IMG/VR virus record: IMGVR_UViG_3300028024_000013
Coordinates: 1 to 52,313 of that record
From: a virus
Taxonomy: Duplodnaviria > Caudoviricetes
Strand: one strand, 5' to 3'
Length of the DNA stretch: 52,313 nt
In this document: positions 9,009 to 17,888 of the stretch, in pieces
Layout of the letters: each line of letters starts with the position of its first letter
Position numbering within the stretch: position 1 is the stretch's first letter
Notes under the pieces: generated by a model
Database searches by the model: none
Told to the model about the DNA's origin: nothing
Seen by the model: the letters and a program-made list of their open reading frames with translations, nothing else
Made by a program: the position numbers and the translations under genes

Positions 9009-9413
9009 TCAGGGATTCCCGTCCGTGATCGAGGCCGTGCTGATGGCCACAGTCCCGCCCAGCACAATCGAGGTCGAATCGAGCTGGAGATCCCCAGTGC
9101 CGGCGCTCACGGTCGAGACCGTCATGTCCAGCACGTGTGTCGTGCCGTTCGACTGCACGATACGAGCCCACGTTGCCGTGCCGGTTGCCGCCGCAGAATT
9201 CGCAGGCGAAATCGTATTGAGCGTGAGTACGCCACTCGACGCTGCGGGCGCGAACGTCGCATTGCACGTGAGCTGCGCGAGCAGATTGGTTGCGGCGCCA
9301 CCGGTCGCCGGCTGTGTACCGTCATAGATACGCAGCAGGGCCGAGCTGCCGGCCTGTGTCGTGATGGCGTTCAGGCGGTTGTTGCGCAGGGTTACTGCGA
9401 ATCGCATGGTCAT
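9009..9413 (-). CDS. Small beta-rich virion/fibre subunit
   Basis: 134 aa; RNNRLNAI...LRIYDGTQPAT...ATGTATWARI...GGTVAISTASIT, a recurrent phage structural family pattern. Confidence 0.65.
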   Translation of the reverse strand: MTMRFAVTLRNNRLNAITTQAGSSALLRIYDGTQPATGGAATNLLAQLTCNATFAPAASSGVLTLNTISPANSAAATGTATWARIVQSNGTTHVLDMTVSTVSAGTGDLQLDSTSIVLGGTVAISTASITDGNP

Positions 9414-9583
9414 TTGGCAGCCCTCCGCGCTTCGACTTTCGCGACGAGTTCGTCCGCCGTAGGTGCACGGCCTCCGGTCTCGCGCATGAGTTCCTCGAGG
9501 CCTTCCGCATCGAGGGACTTGCGGGCAGCCTCGATCATGTCGGGCGGCGGCGTGACCGTGCCCCCTAATACGGGTCGATACAT
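9410..9583 (-). CDS. Hypothetical protein
   Basis: 57 aa; GGAG RBS; ATGA overlap with the next gene. Confidence 0.5.
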   Translation of the reverse strand: MYRPVLGGTVTPPPDMIEAARKSLDAEGLEELMRETGGRAPTADELVAKVEARRAAK

Positions 9584-9593
9584 TTCAGACTCC

Positions 9594-9620
9594 AAAAAAA
9601 GAAAACCCGCCGAAGCGGGT
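9594..9620 (-). terminator. Intrinsic terminator
   Basis: Minus strand ACCCGC-TTCG-GCGGGT-TTTCTTTTTTT. Confidence 0.85.
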
Positions 9621-9657
9621 CAGTGAACGAACCTGCAGAGAAGCAGGCAGAGGGATC

Positions 9658-9951
9658 TCAGGAATCGGCTAGACGGAAATTTGATGGCGCAGCGAGTTTC
9701 GCAAACGCTAAAGGGCCAGCCACCCGGGCTGTTTCACCCTCGATGCCGGCGCCGTTGACCGCCCTGATCGAAAAATGATACGTGCCGTTCGCATTCGCGA
9801 GTGACGGCGCAGTGAGCAGATCGTAAACATCGACATCTGCCAGCATCACATCGGGTGTGGCCGTGTCATCCGGCGGCGAGTCCTTCTTGATCCGGATGTT
9901 GTACCCTGCCGCGCCCTCAACCTTGTCCCACCTGAGAAAGCGATTTGCCAC
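9658..9951 (-). CDS. Stand-alone fibronectin type III-like domain protein
   Basis: LRWDKVEGAAGYNI...YHFSIRAVNGAGIEG...AAPSNF; probable GTG start at 9951. Confidence 0.7.
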   Translation of the reverse strand: MANRFLRWDKVEGAAGYNIRIKKDSPPDDTATPDVMLADVDVYDLLTAPSLANANGTYHFSIRAVNGAGIEGETARVAGPLAFAKLAAPSNFRLADS

Positions 9952-10057
9952 GAGCCATGCTCCGAATGATGTTTGGACTCGCCAGTCGAAACTGACGAGA
10001 ATCGAGAAATCGAGAAGCTCTACGCGAGCGCCAGGCTCGGCGAGCTCGTACACCACA

Positions 10058-10723
10058 TCAGCGCACAAGACTGCCGCCCACGATGCTCTTCGCGCGGATG
10101 TCCGAGATCAAAGGACCTGCCGTCGCGCCTGTCGAAGACGGCAGTACGGTCCACGATACGAGACAGGTGCCGGTATCGATGCCATCGAAAGCCGAGAGCG
10201 TGAACTGTCCCGATCCGACGATGATTGGCGTGCCGACGATGACCTTCGCCGTCTCGTCGTAGGCCGTGCCGGTCGGGGCCTGTCCGTCCTGTAGCCTGAT
10301 GACGAGCGCATCGCTCTCAGGGTTCGAGAAGAATCCCGAGACGCCCTGACTGACCGCCACACCCACCGTAAACGTCAGCGCCTGATTCGCCCCGTTCGGG
10401 ATGACGTTATTGACGTACTGTTTCTGGTTCGGACCAAATCCGAGAAGCTGTCGGCTCCAGTGCGCGACGAAGAACGACTGACGTGCGCTTGAGCCGAAGG
10501 TCTGGATAGTCGCGATGCCATCGGGACTCAGCGTGACCTGATTGCCTTCCTGATCGATGTTGTCGTAGACGGCGAAGTCGCCCTGAAACACCGAAGGGTT
10601 CGCGTCCGACCAGATCGACTGGCTGTTTTCGCTGTCAATGGTCTCGACCAGTGTCCGGCCGAGTGCACCCGCATAGGTTGCAAGCCGCGGCAGCGGCGAG
10701 ATGCCATCGAAGATGCCGATCAC
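10058..10723 (-). CDS. Ig-like (He_PIG/cadherin-like) domain protein
   Basis: 221 aa; FTVGVAVS...APTGTAYD...IVGTP...FTLSAFDG. Confidence 0.55.
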   Translation of the reverse strand: MIGIFDGISPLPRLATYAGALGRTLVETIDSENSQSIWSDANPSVFQGDFAVYDNIDQEGNQVTLSPDGIATIQTFGSSARQSFFVAHWSRQLLGFGPNQKQYVNNVIPNGANQALTFTVGVAVSQGVSGFFSNPESDALVIRLQDGQAPTGTAYDETAKVIVGTPIIVGSGQFTLSAFDGIDTGTCLVSWTVLPSSTGATAGPLISDIRAKSIVGGSLVR

Positions 10724-11286
10724 TACATCACCAGTACGCGATCGCCGACGGCAAAGGCGGCATCCGGGGCCTGCGTGAACGTAACGCTGGCGCTACCGGA
10801 TGACAGCGTATGCGTCGCGATCACAGCGTAGTTGCCCGCGATTGAAGCCCCATACCCCGAATAGATCTGTCTGTTGCGCAGACGGTTGGACGGCAACCCG
10901 ATTCCCGCGATGACCATGCCGAGCGAAGTCACCGAGGACACCACCCCCGGATACATCAGGACGTAGGTGCCGCGATTCAGGATCGAGAAGCAGGCGAGAA
11001 TCGCATTTACCGTTTCGCCGTCGATGATGGCGCCGATGAGCGCGATCGAGTAGTCCTCGTGCGCGACGTAGAAGGCATCCGTCGTGTCGAGCGTGCCGTA
11101 CTGAAGGCCGGTTACGGAATCGAAGTTCGGCGTATCGACAATGCCAGTCGTGAACTCGGTTGTGCTGCCGCCCTTGTAGACGCGCAGTGATCCCGCAACC
11201 GAGCGCGCGATCGAGCCACCGGTCTTCGCGTTCGTGCTCCACGGGAATTTCACCGGCTGGCCGGGCAGATGATCGCCGAGATACAT
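10723..11286 (-). CDS. Virion/fibre-associated Ig/BppU-like protein
   Basis: 187 aa, beta-rich, translationally coupled to neighbours. Confidence 0.5.
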   Translation of the reverse strand: MYLGDHLPGQPVKFPWSTNAKTGGSIARSVAGSLRVYKGGSTTEFTTGIVDTPNFDSVTGLQYGTLDTTDAFYVAHEDYSIALIGAIIDGETVNAILACFSILNRGTYVLMYPGVVSSVTSLGMVIAGIGLPSNRLRNRQIYSGYGASIAGNYAVIATHTLSSGSASVTFTQAPDAAFAVGDRVLVM

Positions 11287-11290
11287 GTCG

Positions 11291-12004
11291 TTACGTGCCT
11301 GCCGGGTTCGATCCGGATACGGTTCCGCCCGGAGCGGGCGCCCAGTGGAAGCTGTGTGTCACGAGACCAATCGGAAGTGACCAGTCCGTCACACCTGAAA
11401 AGAGTCGTACGACCGTGATGGAGAACGGCAGCGCCGCCGTCTCGCCGGTCGTATTGATGCCATACACCGTGAACGGGCCGAAATTGCCCCGCACGGTCGG
11501 CGTACCGTTGATCGTCCCCGTCAGTTCATCAAACGTCAGTCCATTGATGGCGGCATCGATGTCCGGCGCGATACGAAACGAAGTTGCGCCCGTGAAGACG
11601 TTGCAGACCTTCGCCGCGATCGTCTGGTCGACCACATACGATTCCGAGGAGATGACTCCTGCGAGAATCGGCGCGATCGGTGAAAAGACAATCAGCGAGC
11701 CGAGATCGCTTGGCGTCGCGAGACCTGATGTCGCCCCGGTCCCGATGAGTTGGATCGCGACACCAACCTGGCTCGTCGAGCCTGATGGCGTGCCGGACAG
11801 GACCCCCGCCGAGAAAGTGAGCCCGAGTCCAGCGAAGGTCCCAGGCGTCGCCTCCGTGACGTTGACGACTTCCTCGTCGGACTGCCAGCGCGCGTTGAAA
11901 TCGATCGGCGGGATGGCCACGCCCTGCTGAAACGTGATCGTCGCTAAGTCAGGTCCGATGAAGCGAGGCGCGAGACCGGATATGCCCCAAACGACATCGG
12001 CCAT
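11291..12004 (-). CDS. Tandem putative Ig (He_PIG) domain protein
   Basis: Two copies of GLTF...G.(L/I).GTP. Confidence 0.65.
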   Translation of the reverse strand: MADVVWGISGLAPRFIGPDLATITFQQGVAIPPIDFNARWQSDEEVVNVTEATPGTFAGLGLTFSAGVLSGTPSGSTSQVGVAIQLIGTGATSGLATPSDLGSLIVFSPIAPILAGVISSESYVVDQTIAAKVCNVFTGATSFRIAPDIDAAINGLTFDELTGTINGTPTVRGNFGPFTVYGINTTGETAALPFSITVVRLFSGVTDWSLPIGLVTHSFHWAPAPGGTVSGSNPAGT

Positions 12005-12005
12005 T

Positions 12006-15000
12006 TCACTGCACAGCCCCGCGGTTCTTCCACACTACGCCACGCGATCCGTCATCGTTCGTCGTCATGAGCCAGATCGGACTGTTCACCACCCGCGTCA
12101 CGCTCGTCTGCACGGTGATGACTCCGGTCAGGGGGTTGCCACCGTCCGCAATCTGCGTGGGGTTGCACTCGGTGACCTTGGATGTCGCCGCAGGACCGAC
12201 GCAAATCCAGTCGCCGTATTCCCGATGGAGTCCGCCCCACGTATAGGATGCCATGCCGTAGTCGTCCTTCATGACGAAGGGATCGGCGACCGTGAACGAT
12301 GTCCCGCTACCCACCGCGGAGACTTTCGTGATCGGCGCGGCATCACCAAGGCCAACCGTATTCGTCGGCGAGAGCGCCAGGCCGGCCCTGCTCGGGACGG
12401 GGGTAGTCGTGCCGTTCGCGAACTTCAGCGGCGTGAGCGTGTTGTTGCAGACGTTCGCTGGCCACTTCGTGCAGTCGGCCCACGAGACCGTGCCCGAACC
12501 ATTGCCGCCGAGCGAGAATTGAGCCGCGGTGCCAGGCCCGCTTGCGATGTTGTAGTCGTAGACCGAGTCCCGCCAGTCATTGGCGTACGTGCCCTTGCCC
12601 AGCACGGTCATGTTCTTCTTGATCCATGGCACGGTCGTCGAGCCACTGTTGCGACCGTCGAGCATGCCCATGAAGATGTTGTTCCGGAGCAGCACTCCGG
12701 AGCAGTTGCGCGTGTCGGCGTTCGTCGGAAATGACACGTCGAGATCCGTCGGGAAAATCCCGGCGTGGCCGTACATCGTGTTGTTGTAGATCTTCTGCTG
12801 GCCAATCGTGTACGGCAGCACCGAATTTGCAGAGCCGAATGACAGTCCGCAGGTCGTCGACATGGACGCAACCGGGGATGTGATCTGCTTGTTGTAGAAG
12901 TAATTGCCCCGGACGATGACGCCGATGCCCCAGAGCTCCATGGAGTAGTTCCACGTCCTGCGCTCGCCGTCTGCGCCGGCGTCGTACATCTCGTTGTCTT
13001 CGACGGTCACCGGCCCGTAGGCTGCTGGAAAGGCAATCGAGCCGTGGACCTGATCGTGATTGCCGGCGCCTACTTCGAGCGTGTGATTGCCACGGGCCGT
13101 CGGATTGCGGGGCGGCACATCGGCGAAGTCACCCCAGTAGTTCGAGACCACATTCCGCCGCGCCACCTGCCATGGGCCGCGCAACATCAGGGTCTTGTGC
13201 CCCCCGCGCCGGAAGATTGAATCGATGACGACCGAGTGATGCGAGCCGAAGAAGAAGAGATCGCCCGAGTCATCCTTGTTGTAGGTGCCATCGGCGAACA
13301 GCCCCTGGTTGGCGCCGTGGTCGTAGCCCTCGACGTTCTTCACCAGCATGTAGCCGGAATCCTGAAAGATGTCGTTGGCCGTAAATCCATTACCCGTGCC
13401 GCCGCCGTGCCAGGTCTGGTTGATGAAGGCGATGTGCGAGGACTGACGCACCAGCAGCGCATGGCGGTTGGTATAGCAGTTGAAGATCGGCGCCGTGTTG
13501 TTGCGAGCACAGCCGATGTTGAACTGCGAGTGATCCCCGAGCCTCAAGCCGGTGCGATCCTCGAGGCCCCCGTCCACAATCCAGTAATGGCAATTGGTCC
13601 AGTCGCTGATGCCCTTGTCGTTGCCGGCATCGGAACTGAAGATGATGTGATCGCCCTGACGGACACGGACCGTAATCTCGTGGCCTGCCGTGCCACTCAC
13701 GCCGTTGCAGACGAGCTTCGGCCAGATCTCGGTCGCCCCGGGAACCGTCGTGCGCAGCTCGAGAATGTCATCGGGCACCCGCTGCGAAATCGCAGCCGTC
13801 GCGAGCTGCAGGTCGGTGTAGTTGCAGCCGACCCGGCACGCGGTATGCGTCGGGTCCGGAATGGTGTCCGGGGGTTTGTCGCACTCCGGGCAAGAATCCC
13901 GGAAGCCACCGCTGGCCGCAATCTGCACCTGATTCTGACCCGTGCGGGATGCTGCAAGCGATTTCCAGCCCGTCCCGTCATTCCAGCGCCAGGCGAACAA
14001 GGAGACCGCCGTGGGAATATGGAACCGGCCGTTGGTCTCTATCGTGAAATCCTGCACGCCCGAGCCGTTCTTGCAGCCTGCCCCCGGGGTGCGGGTAACC
14101 GTCCGGACATGGACCTGACTGTTGCTCGTGAGGTCATTGGCCGGATTCGAATCGCCGAACCGGTTGACGTGACCTGAAGCGGTCGAGAATGGAATCAGCG
14201 TCCCGAGATCGAAGTAACACTCCCCTGTCGGCGCATCGATAGTAACGGCCTTGCTCGCGACCGTACCGACATTCGTCGTCACCCTGACTGACCGCGATCC
14301 GAAACGGCAGTTGCCCTGAACCGCATCCACCTGGATATCGGTCGCAGACCACGAGTCCACGGTGAACGTCGAGGTCATGGCGCCGTCGACGCACTGGACG
14401 CTGCCCGTGCCCTGACTCGCACCGAACCCCGTCCCGATGACGTGCAGGTTCGTTTCCGTGGAGGTCAGGACGTTGTCGCCCGAGACGCTCGTGATCGCCG
14501 GGGCGCCCCCGCCCGAAGCTTTCAGGAAGATCATTACCGAGTTCTGCGTGGAGACACTCGGATTGCCGGTGATCAGCAGGTCCTGCTGGGCAATCGCGGT
14601 CAGCGTCGTCTGGATCGAATACGCGACCGCCATCGCGTTCGAACCGAAGGCGGCGTCTGCCGTCTCGGTGAAGTTCGGCGCAACCGCAACGCTCGTCCAC
14701 GTGTTGTTCGAGCGGCCAACGTAAATTGCCGCTTCATTCGCCGCGGTCGGTGTCAGCGCCGGGATGCGAAAGGCAGTCTGTGAACTCGCGTTCGCCGTGT
14801 TCGAGACATCCACGACCGAGGCGATGTTGGTCGTATCGACACCGCGGAAGACCAGACACTGCGCCTGCAGCGTCGTCGTAGTGCCGGGGTTGACGGTAGG
14901 ATTGGCGTCAGATCCCGCCGCAATGTGACCGTAGAGCTTCGTGCTGATGCCATTGGCGGCGAGCTCTGTGAATCCTGAAGGCGTCGGAACGGTGCCCGAC

Positions 15001-15170
15001 CCGTCGAACTCGATAGCGACGATCCGCAGGTCGTTGGCTATCGCGGCCGGGCAGACGACAGTCTTCGTCGTCCCCGTATTCGATTGCATGACGGCGCCAG
15101 AACCCACAAAGGTAATGGCCGCCAGCGCCCATCCGGGCGATAGCAGGATGAGCGCAAGCAGATAGCGCAA
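12006..15170 (-). CDS. Large secreted-type protein: signal peptide, beta-sandwich, IPT/TIG-like domain, right-handed beta-helix (pectin-lyase-like)
   Basis: GAGG RBS then TTG at 15170 gives MRYLLALILLSPGWALA|AITF; PAITSVS...HVIGTGFGASQGTGSV (IPT); VARRNVV, IVRGNYFY, IYNNTMY, LRNNIF (beta-helix); many Cys. Confidence 0.7.
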   Translation of the reverse strand: MRYLLALILLSPGWALAAITFVGSGAVMQSNTGTTKTVVCPAAIANDLRIVAIEFDGSGTVPTPSGFTELAANGISTKLYGHIAAGSDANPTVNPGTTTTLQAQCLVFRGVDTTNIASVVDVSNTANASSQTAFRIPALTPTAANEAAIYVGRSNNTWTSVAVAPNFTETADAAFGSNAMAVAYSIQTTLTAIAQQDLLITGNPSVSTQNSVMIFLKASGGGAPAITSVSGDNVLTSTETNLHVIGTGFGASQGTGSVQCVDGAMTSTFTVDSWSATDIQVDAVQGNCRFGSRSVRVTTNVGTVASKAVTIDAPTGECYFDLGTLIPFSTASGHVNRFGDSNPANDLTSNSQVHVRTVTRTPGAGCKNGSGVQDFTIETNGRFHIPTAVSLFAWRWNDGTGWKSLAASRTGQNQVQIAASGGFRDSCPECDKPPDTIPDPTHTACRVGCNYTDLQLATAAISQRVPDDILELRTTVPGATEIWPKLVCNGVSGTAGHEITVRVRQGDHIIFSSDAGNDKGISDWTNCHYWIVDGGLEDRTGLRLGDHSQFNIGCARNNTAPIFNCYTNRHALLVRQSSHIAFINQTWHGGGTGNGFTANDIFQDSGYMLVKNVEGYDHGANQGLFADGTYNKDDSGDLFFFGSHHSVVIDSIFRRGGHKTLMLRGPWQVARRNVVSNYWGDFADVPPRNPTARGNHTLEVGAGNHDQVHGSIAFPAAYGPVTVEDNEMYDAGADGERRTWNYSMELWGIGVIVRGNYFYNKQITSPVASMSTTCGLSFGSANSVLPYTIGQQKIYNNTMYGHAGIFPTDLDVSFPTNADTRNCSGVLLRNNIFMGMLDGRNSGSTTVPWIKKNMTVLGKGTYANDWRDSVYDYNIASGPGTAAQFSLGGNGSGTVSWADCTKWPANVCNNTLTPLKFANGTTTPVPSRAGLALSPTNTVGLGDAAPITKVSAVGSGTSFTVADPFVMKDDYGMASYTWGGLHREYGDWICVGPAATSKVTECNPTQIADGGNPLTGVITVQTSVTRVVNSPIWLMTTNDDGSRGVVWKNRGAVQ

Positions 15171-15187
15171 AGTTAGCCTCGTATATG

Positions 15188-15214
15188 AAAACGCCCCGCG
15201 CAAAGGCGAGGCGT
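15188..15214 (-). terminator. Intrinsic terminator after Q-like gene (tR'-like)
   Basis: Minus strand ACGCCTCGC-CTTTGC-GCGGGGCGT-TTT. Confidence 0.65.
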
Positions 15215-15232
15215 CAGAGCGACTGAAGGCGC

Positions 15233-15793
15233 TCAGCCGGTAACGGTCAGCTTCGTTCGATTGAGGGCCGTAAGGTTAAGATCGGCCGGGGAGAATTTCG
15301 GCAGCGTAGCCGTAATGGACTGCTTTGTAGCGGATTCTCTGCGCAGTGGCAAGCTCGCATCACATGCAGTCGGATCGAGCCTGGCAAATACCCAGAACTC
15401 GGCGCGGCCAACAGCCTCCCAGAACACGCGCTCCTTCATGCCGATGATCTTCGCCCGGTCTGACCACGACAGGTTGAACTCGGGGTCCCAGACGTACTTG
15501 ACGTGTATCGCGTCGTAGGTGCTCTCAGGCATGCCAACGAGCGCACGCTGCACTTCGAGTCCGTCACCGAAATAGACTTCGGCCCACCGTTGAGCTGACG
15601 CGCCTGACTGCCCGGCTGCCACACGTTCGTCGAGGATGCGGCCCATGAAGCTCTCAGAGTAGCCGTCGATGTGCCGGCGAATCGCACCCTGACTATTCAC
15701 GTACGTGTCACGACCTTGCCAGATGCGACGCTTCTGCCGGCCCCAGCGATTGCAGGCAAGGCGGACCCACTCCGGAATATCGCTACGGCTCAT
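15233..15793 (-). CDS. Putative late-gene regulator (antiterminator Q-like)
   Basis: WGRQ N-terminus; VQRALVGMPE...IHVKY; C-terminal HTH-like segment; last gene before the late cluster. Confidence 0.55.
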   Translation of the reverse strand: MSRSDIPEWVRLACNRWGRQKRRIWQGRDTYVNSQGAIRRHIDGYSESFMGRILDERVAAGQSGASAQRWAEVYFGDGLEVQRALVGMPESTYDAIHVKYVWDPEFNLSWSDRAKIIGMKERVFWEAVGRAEFWVFARLDPTACDASLPLRRESATKQSITATLPKFSPADLNLTALNRTKLTVTG

Positions 15794-16056
15794 TCGACCC
15801 TCATCAATTGTGCGAACTCTTCGTCGGTAATGTGCGCGCGGAGACGTTCATCAGATTGTGTTTCACGGGGAACATGCGGTGAGACCGCATCATCAGTGGA
15901 ATATCTGTCGACAACGCGCTGTGAGCAGTGGAAGTCTTCGGCCAGTTTCGCATTCGTCGGTAGCTTGCGGAGGCGAGCGACGATGCGACGGCGGATGTCG
16001 GCGACGCGCTGGATGTAGGTGATCTGGTCCTTCGTCAGTACCGGCTTGCGGCTCAC
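15790..16056 (-). CDS. Small HTH DNA-binding protein
   Basis: LTKDQI...TNAKLAEDFHCSQRVVDRY. Confidence 0.55.
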   Translation of the reverse strand: MSRKPVLTKDQITYIQRVADIRRRIVARLRKLPTNAKLAEDFHCSQRVVDRYSTDDAVSPHVPRETQSDERLRAHITDEEFAQLMRVE

Positions 16057-16409
16057 TTAACTACCTCGATCCGGACGACCGTCTTTCGCTCCTTGCCGAC
16101 CATCTGGAATATCACCGGCTCGCCAATCACGGCGGGCGTGTCGTTGAGCAGGATTCCGTGCTGAACGAGCGAGTCCGTCAGGTATTTCGTGCCACCCCGG
16201 CAGTTGTCGGTGTCGAGCACACGTGAGCCGTAGCGCTCGATGGTAATTTTCGCTTTCTGAAGCTGGGGCCGGGCGAAGTAGTTCGCATTGCTGAGCCCTG
16301 CGCGGACGAGCCAGCTCCACTTCGAGCGGAGCTTGTGGTTCTTGGACCAGTGGCCGCGCAGAAGCTTGTTGAGCGAGGGAGTCGGCTCGTCGATCTCGAA
16401 GGTGATCAT
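16053..16409 (-). CDS. rusA: RusA-like Holliday junction resolvase
   Basis: PSLN...DTDN...KYLTDSL...GILLND catalytic pattern; ATG at 16409. Confidence 0.7.
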   Translation of the reverse strand: MITFEIDEPTPSLNKLLRGHWSKNHKLRSKWSWLVRAGLSNANYFARPQLQKAKITIERYGSRVLDTDNCRGGTKYLTDSLVQHGILLNDTPAVIGEPVIFQMVGKERKTVVRIEVVK

Positions 16410-16609
16410 TTGGACTCTCCCCCACGCAGAGCGATGCAAAGCCACGCGGTCCAGTACCAGCGGTGTTCATGGTGTCGAAGGCAGGACCAGCGCGGCTTTA
16501 TGCGCAGCTTCCCCTCAGGGATAATCCGCTCACGGTCAATCGCCTGCTGGCGGGTGATGACGCCCTTCATGAGCACTGACTTGAACTGCTCTTCGGTCCA
16601 GCGCGTCAC
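16406..16609 (-). CDS. Hypothetical protein
   Basis: 67 aa, 4-bp overlaps with neighbours. Confidence 0.5.
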   Translation of the reverse strand: MTRWTEEQFKSVLMKGVITRQQAIDRERIIPEGKLRIKPRWSCLRHHEHRWYWTAWLCIALRGGESK

Positions 16610-16806
16610 TTTGCCCTCGCATCTGCTTCAGCTTTCAGGGCCTCGTCGATCTCTCTATCGAGCGCCTCGCCATCCCATGGCACCGCGCCGATCTTCGCCG
16701 TGTCGTCGATTGAAAGAACCTTGCTCATGCCGCTGCTCACCAGCGAGAACCATCTGCGACGCAGCCAACGATAGCGAGCGGCATCCCGTGCGTCCTCTGA
16801 AGTCAC
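16606..16806 (-). CDS. Hypothetical protein (DAARYRWLR motif)
   Basis: Common phage early-gene motif DAARYRWLR...LDREID. Confidence 0.6.
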   Translation of the reverse strand: MTSEDARDAARYRWLRRRWFSLVSSGMSKVLSIDDTAKIGAVPWDGEALDREIDEALKAEADARAK

Positions 16807-17120
16807 TTCGCCCTCGCATCGAATTGTCCGGCCAGGATGCGCCGCGCTTCGTTGCTGAATTCGCTGGAAGAGCCCGAGATGCTCATCAGCAATCCCTGCA
16901 TGGCGTGGTACTTCTCGAACTGCACGCGCGCGCTGTGCCGGTCCTCGGGGGTCTCATGCTGCCGGATCGTGATCACGCCGTCGTCACGGCTGACAACCTG
17001 AAACCAGCGATTCGAAGGTAGCCCTGTAGCGAGGTCGCGGAACAGGGCACCCGAATAGCGGAAGCCCTCGATTGTCATGACATCCGTCCACGGGTCGTAC
17101 GCGAAATCGAGCTTGCTCAT
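16803..17120 (-). CDS. Hypothetical protein
   Basis: 105 aa, coupled ORF. Confidence 0.55.
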   Translation of the reverse strand: MSKLDFAYDPWTDVMTIEGFRYSGALFRDLATGLPSNRWFQVVSRDDGVITIRQHETPEDRHSARVQFEKYHAMQGLLMSISGSSSEFSNEARRILAGQFDARAK

Positions 17121-17169
17121 TTGGCCCTCGCATCTGCTTCAGCCGCCGCCCTCGCCGCATCCCCTGTAG

Positions 17170-17424
17170 TCACGCCGCCGCCTTGCCGGCCTTGCCGAGC
17201 AGCTCGCGCATGTCATTCTCGACACAGAGCTTCGCGCGCTCGAGCGCGTTGTTGCCGTCGAAGCACCCAAGCTGGACAGAGTCGACTGTGTCTTCTGCAA
17301 TCCGCCAGGCTTCGAAAAAGTCCTTACCACCGACCTTGGCCTTCGAAACGGTGTGGCTCACGAAGCCAATCGCGTACTTCTCGAGTTCACCTTCCTTGGT
17401 CTTCAGCCCCAGCCAGCGACTCAC
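17170..17424 (-). CDS. Hypothetical protein
   Basis: 84 aa, GTGA overlap with the upstream gene. Confidence 0.5.
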   Translation of the reverse strand: MSRWLGLKTKEGELEKYAIGFVSHTVSKAKVGGKDFFEAWRIAEDTVDSVQLGCFDGNNALERAKLCVENDMRELLGKAGKAAA

Positions 17425-17876
17425 GGCCGCACCTTAAGCGGAACGACGCTTGCTGACCGCGGATATGCAGCACGTTCGCGCTCTGCTTGGCGCATTGCTG
17501 TCTCGTAGACATCCGGACTCTCGACTGCTGTCGGAGAGCGAAATCCGCATGCTTCTGCACGAACCCGAAGCGCCGCCCATCGAACCTCTTCGGCCGCCTG
17601 CCGCGGCGTCTTCACCGGTTCCATGTCGGCCCACTCGTCCCAGAACTGATTCGGACCAAAGAACGTGCGAGCCTGCTTGACGAGCTCGGTCCCCGTCTTC
17701 CCGTTCTTGTCGCAATAGGCTTTGTACGCTCGCGTGCCAGCCAGGATGCGTTCCCATGTCGCGCCTGCGGTCAACGCTCTCGGTATCAGTGTCCGAACAT
17801 GCACCCAACCGTTGTCCCCATCTCGTCTCGGATACTCTTTCTTCAGCTGCTCTACGTAGTCAGGAGGGAGATTCAT
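17421..17876 (-). CDS. Replication-initiator C-terminal-domain-only protein
   Basis: YPRRDGDN...ILAG...Y..YC...GKTGTELVKQARTFFGP...W matches the C-terminal domain of lambdoid replisome organisers; no N-terminal HTH; GAGGT RBS before ATG 17876. Confidence 0.65.
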   Translation of the reverse strand: MNLPPDYVEQLKKEYPRRDGDNGWVHVRTLIPRALTAGATWERILAGTRAYKAYCDKNGKTGTELVKQARTFFGPNQFWDEWADMEPVKTPRQAAEEVRWAALRVRAEACGFRSPTAVESPDVYETAMRQAERERAAYPRSASVVPLKVRP

Positions 17877-17888
17877 GAGAACCACCTC

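Noticed and set aside
16606-17140. Repeated C-terminal ends (DARAK) and similar gene junctions in adjacent small genes
   Set aside because: Short junction microhomologies (TTGCCCTCGCATC-like) are typical of modular early-gene shuffling; not evidence of a separate element.
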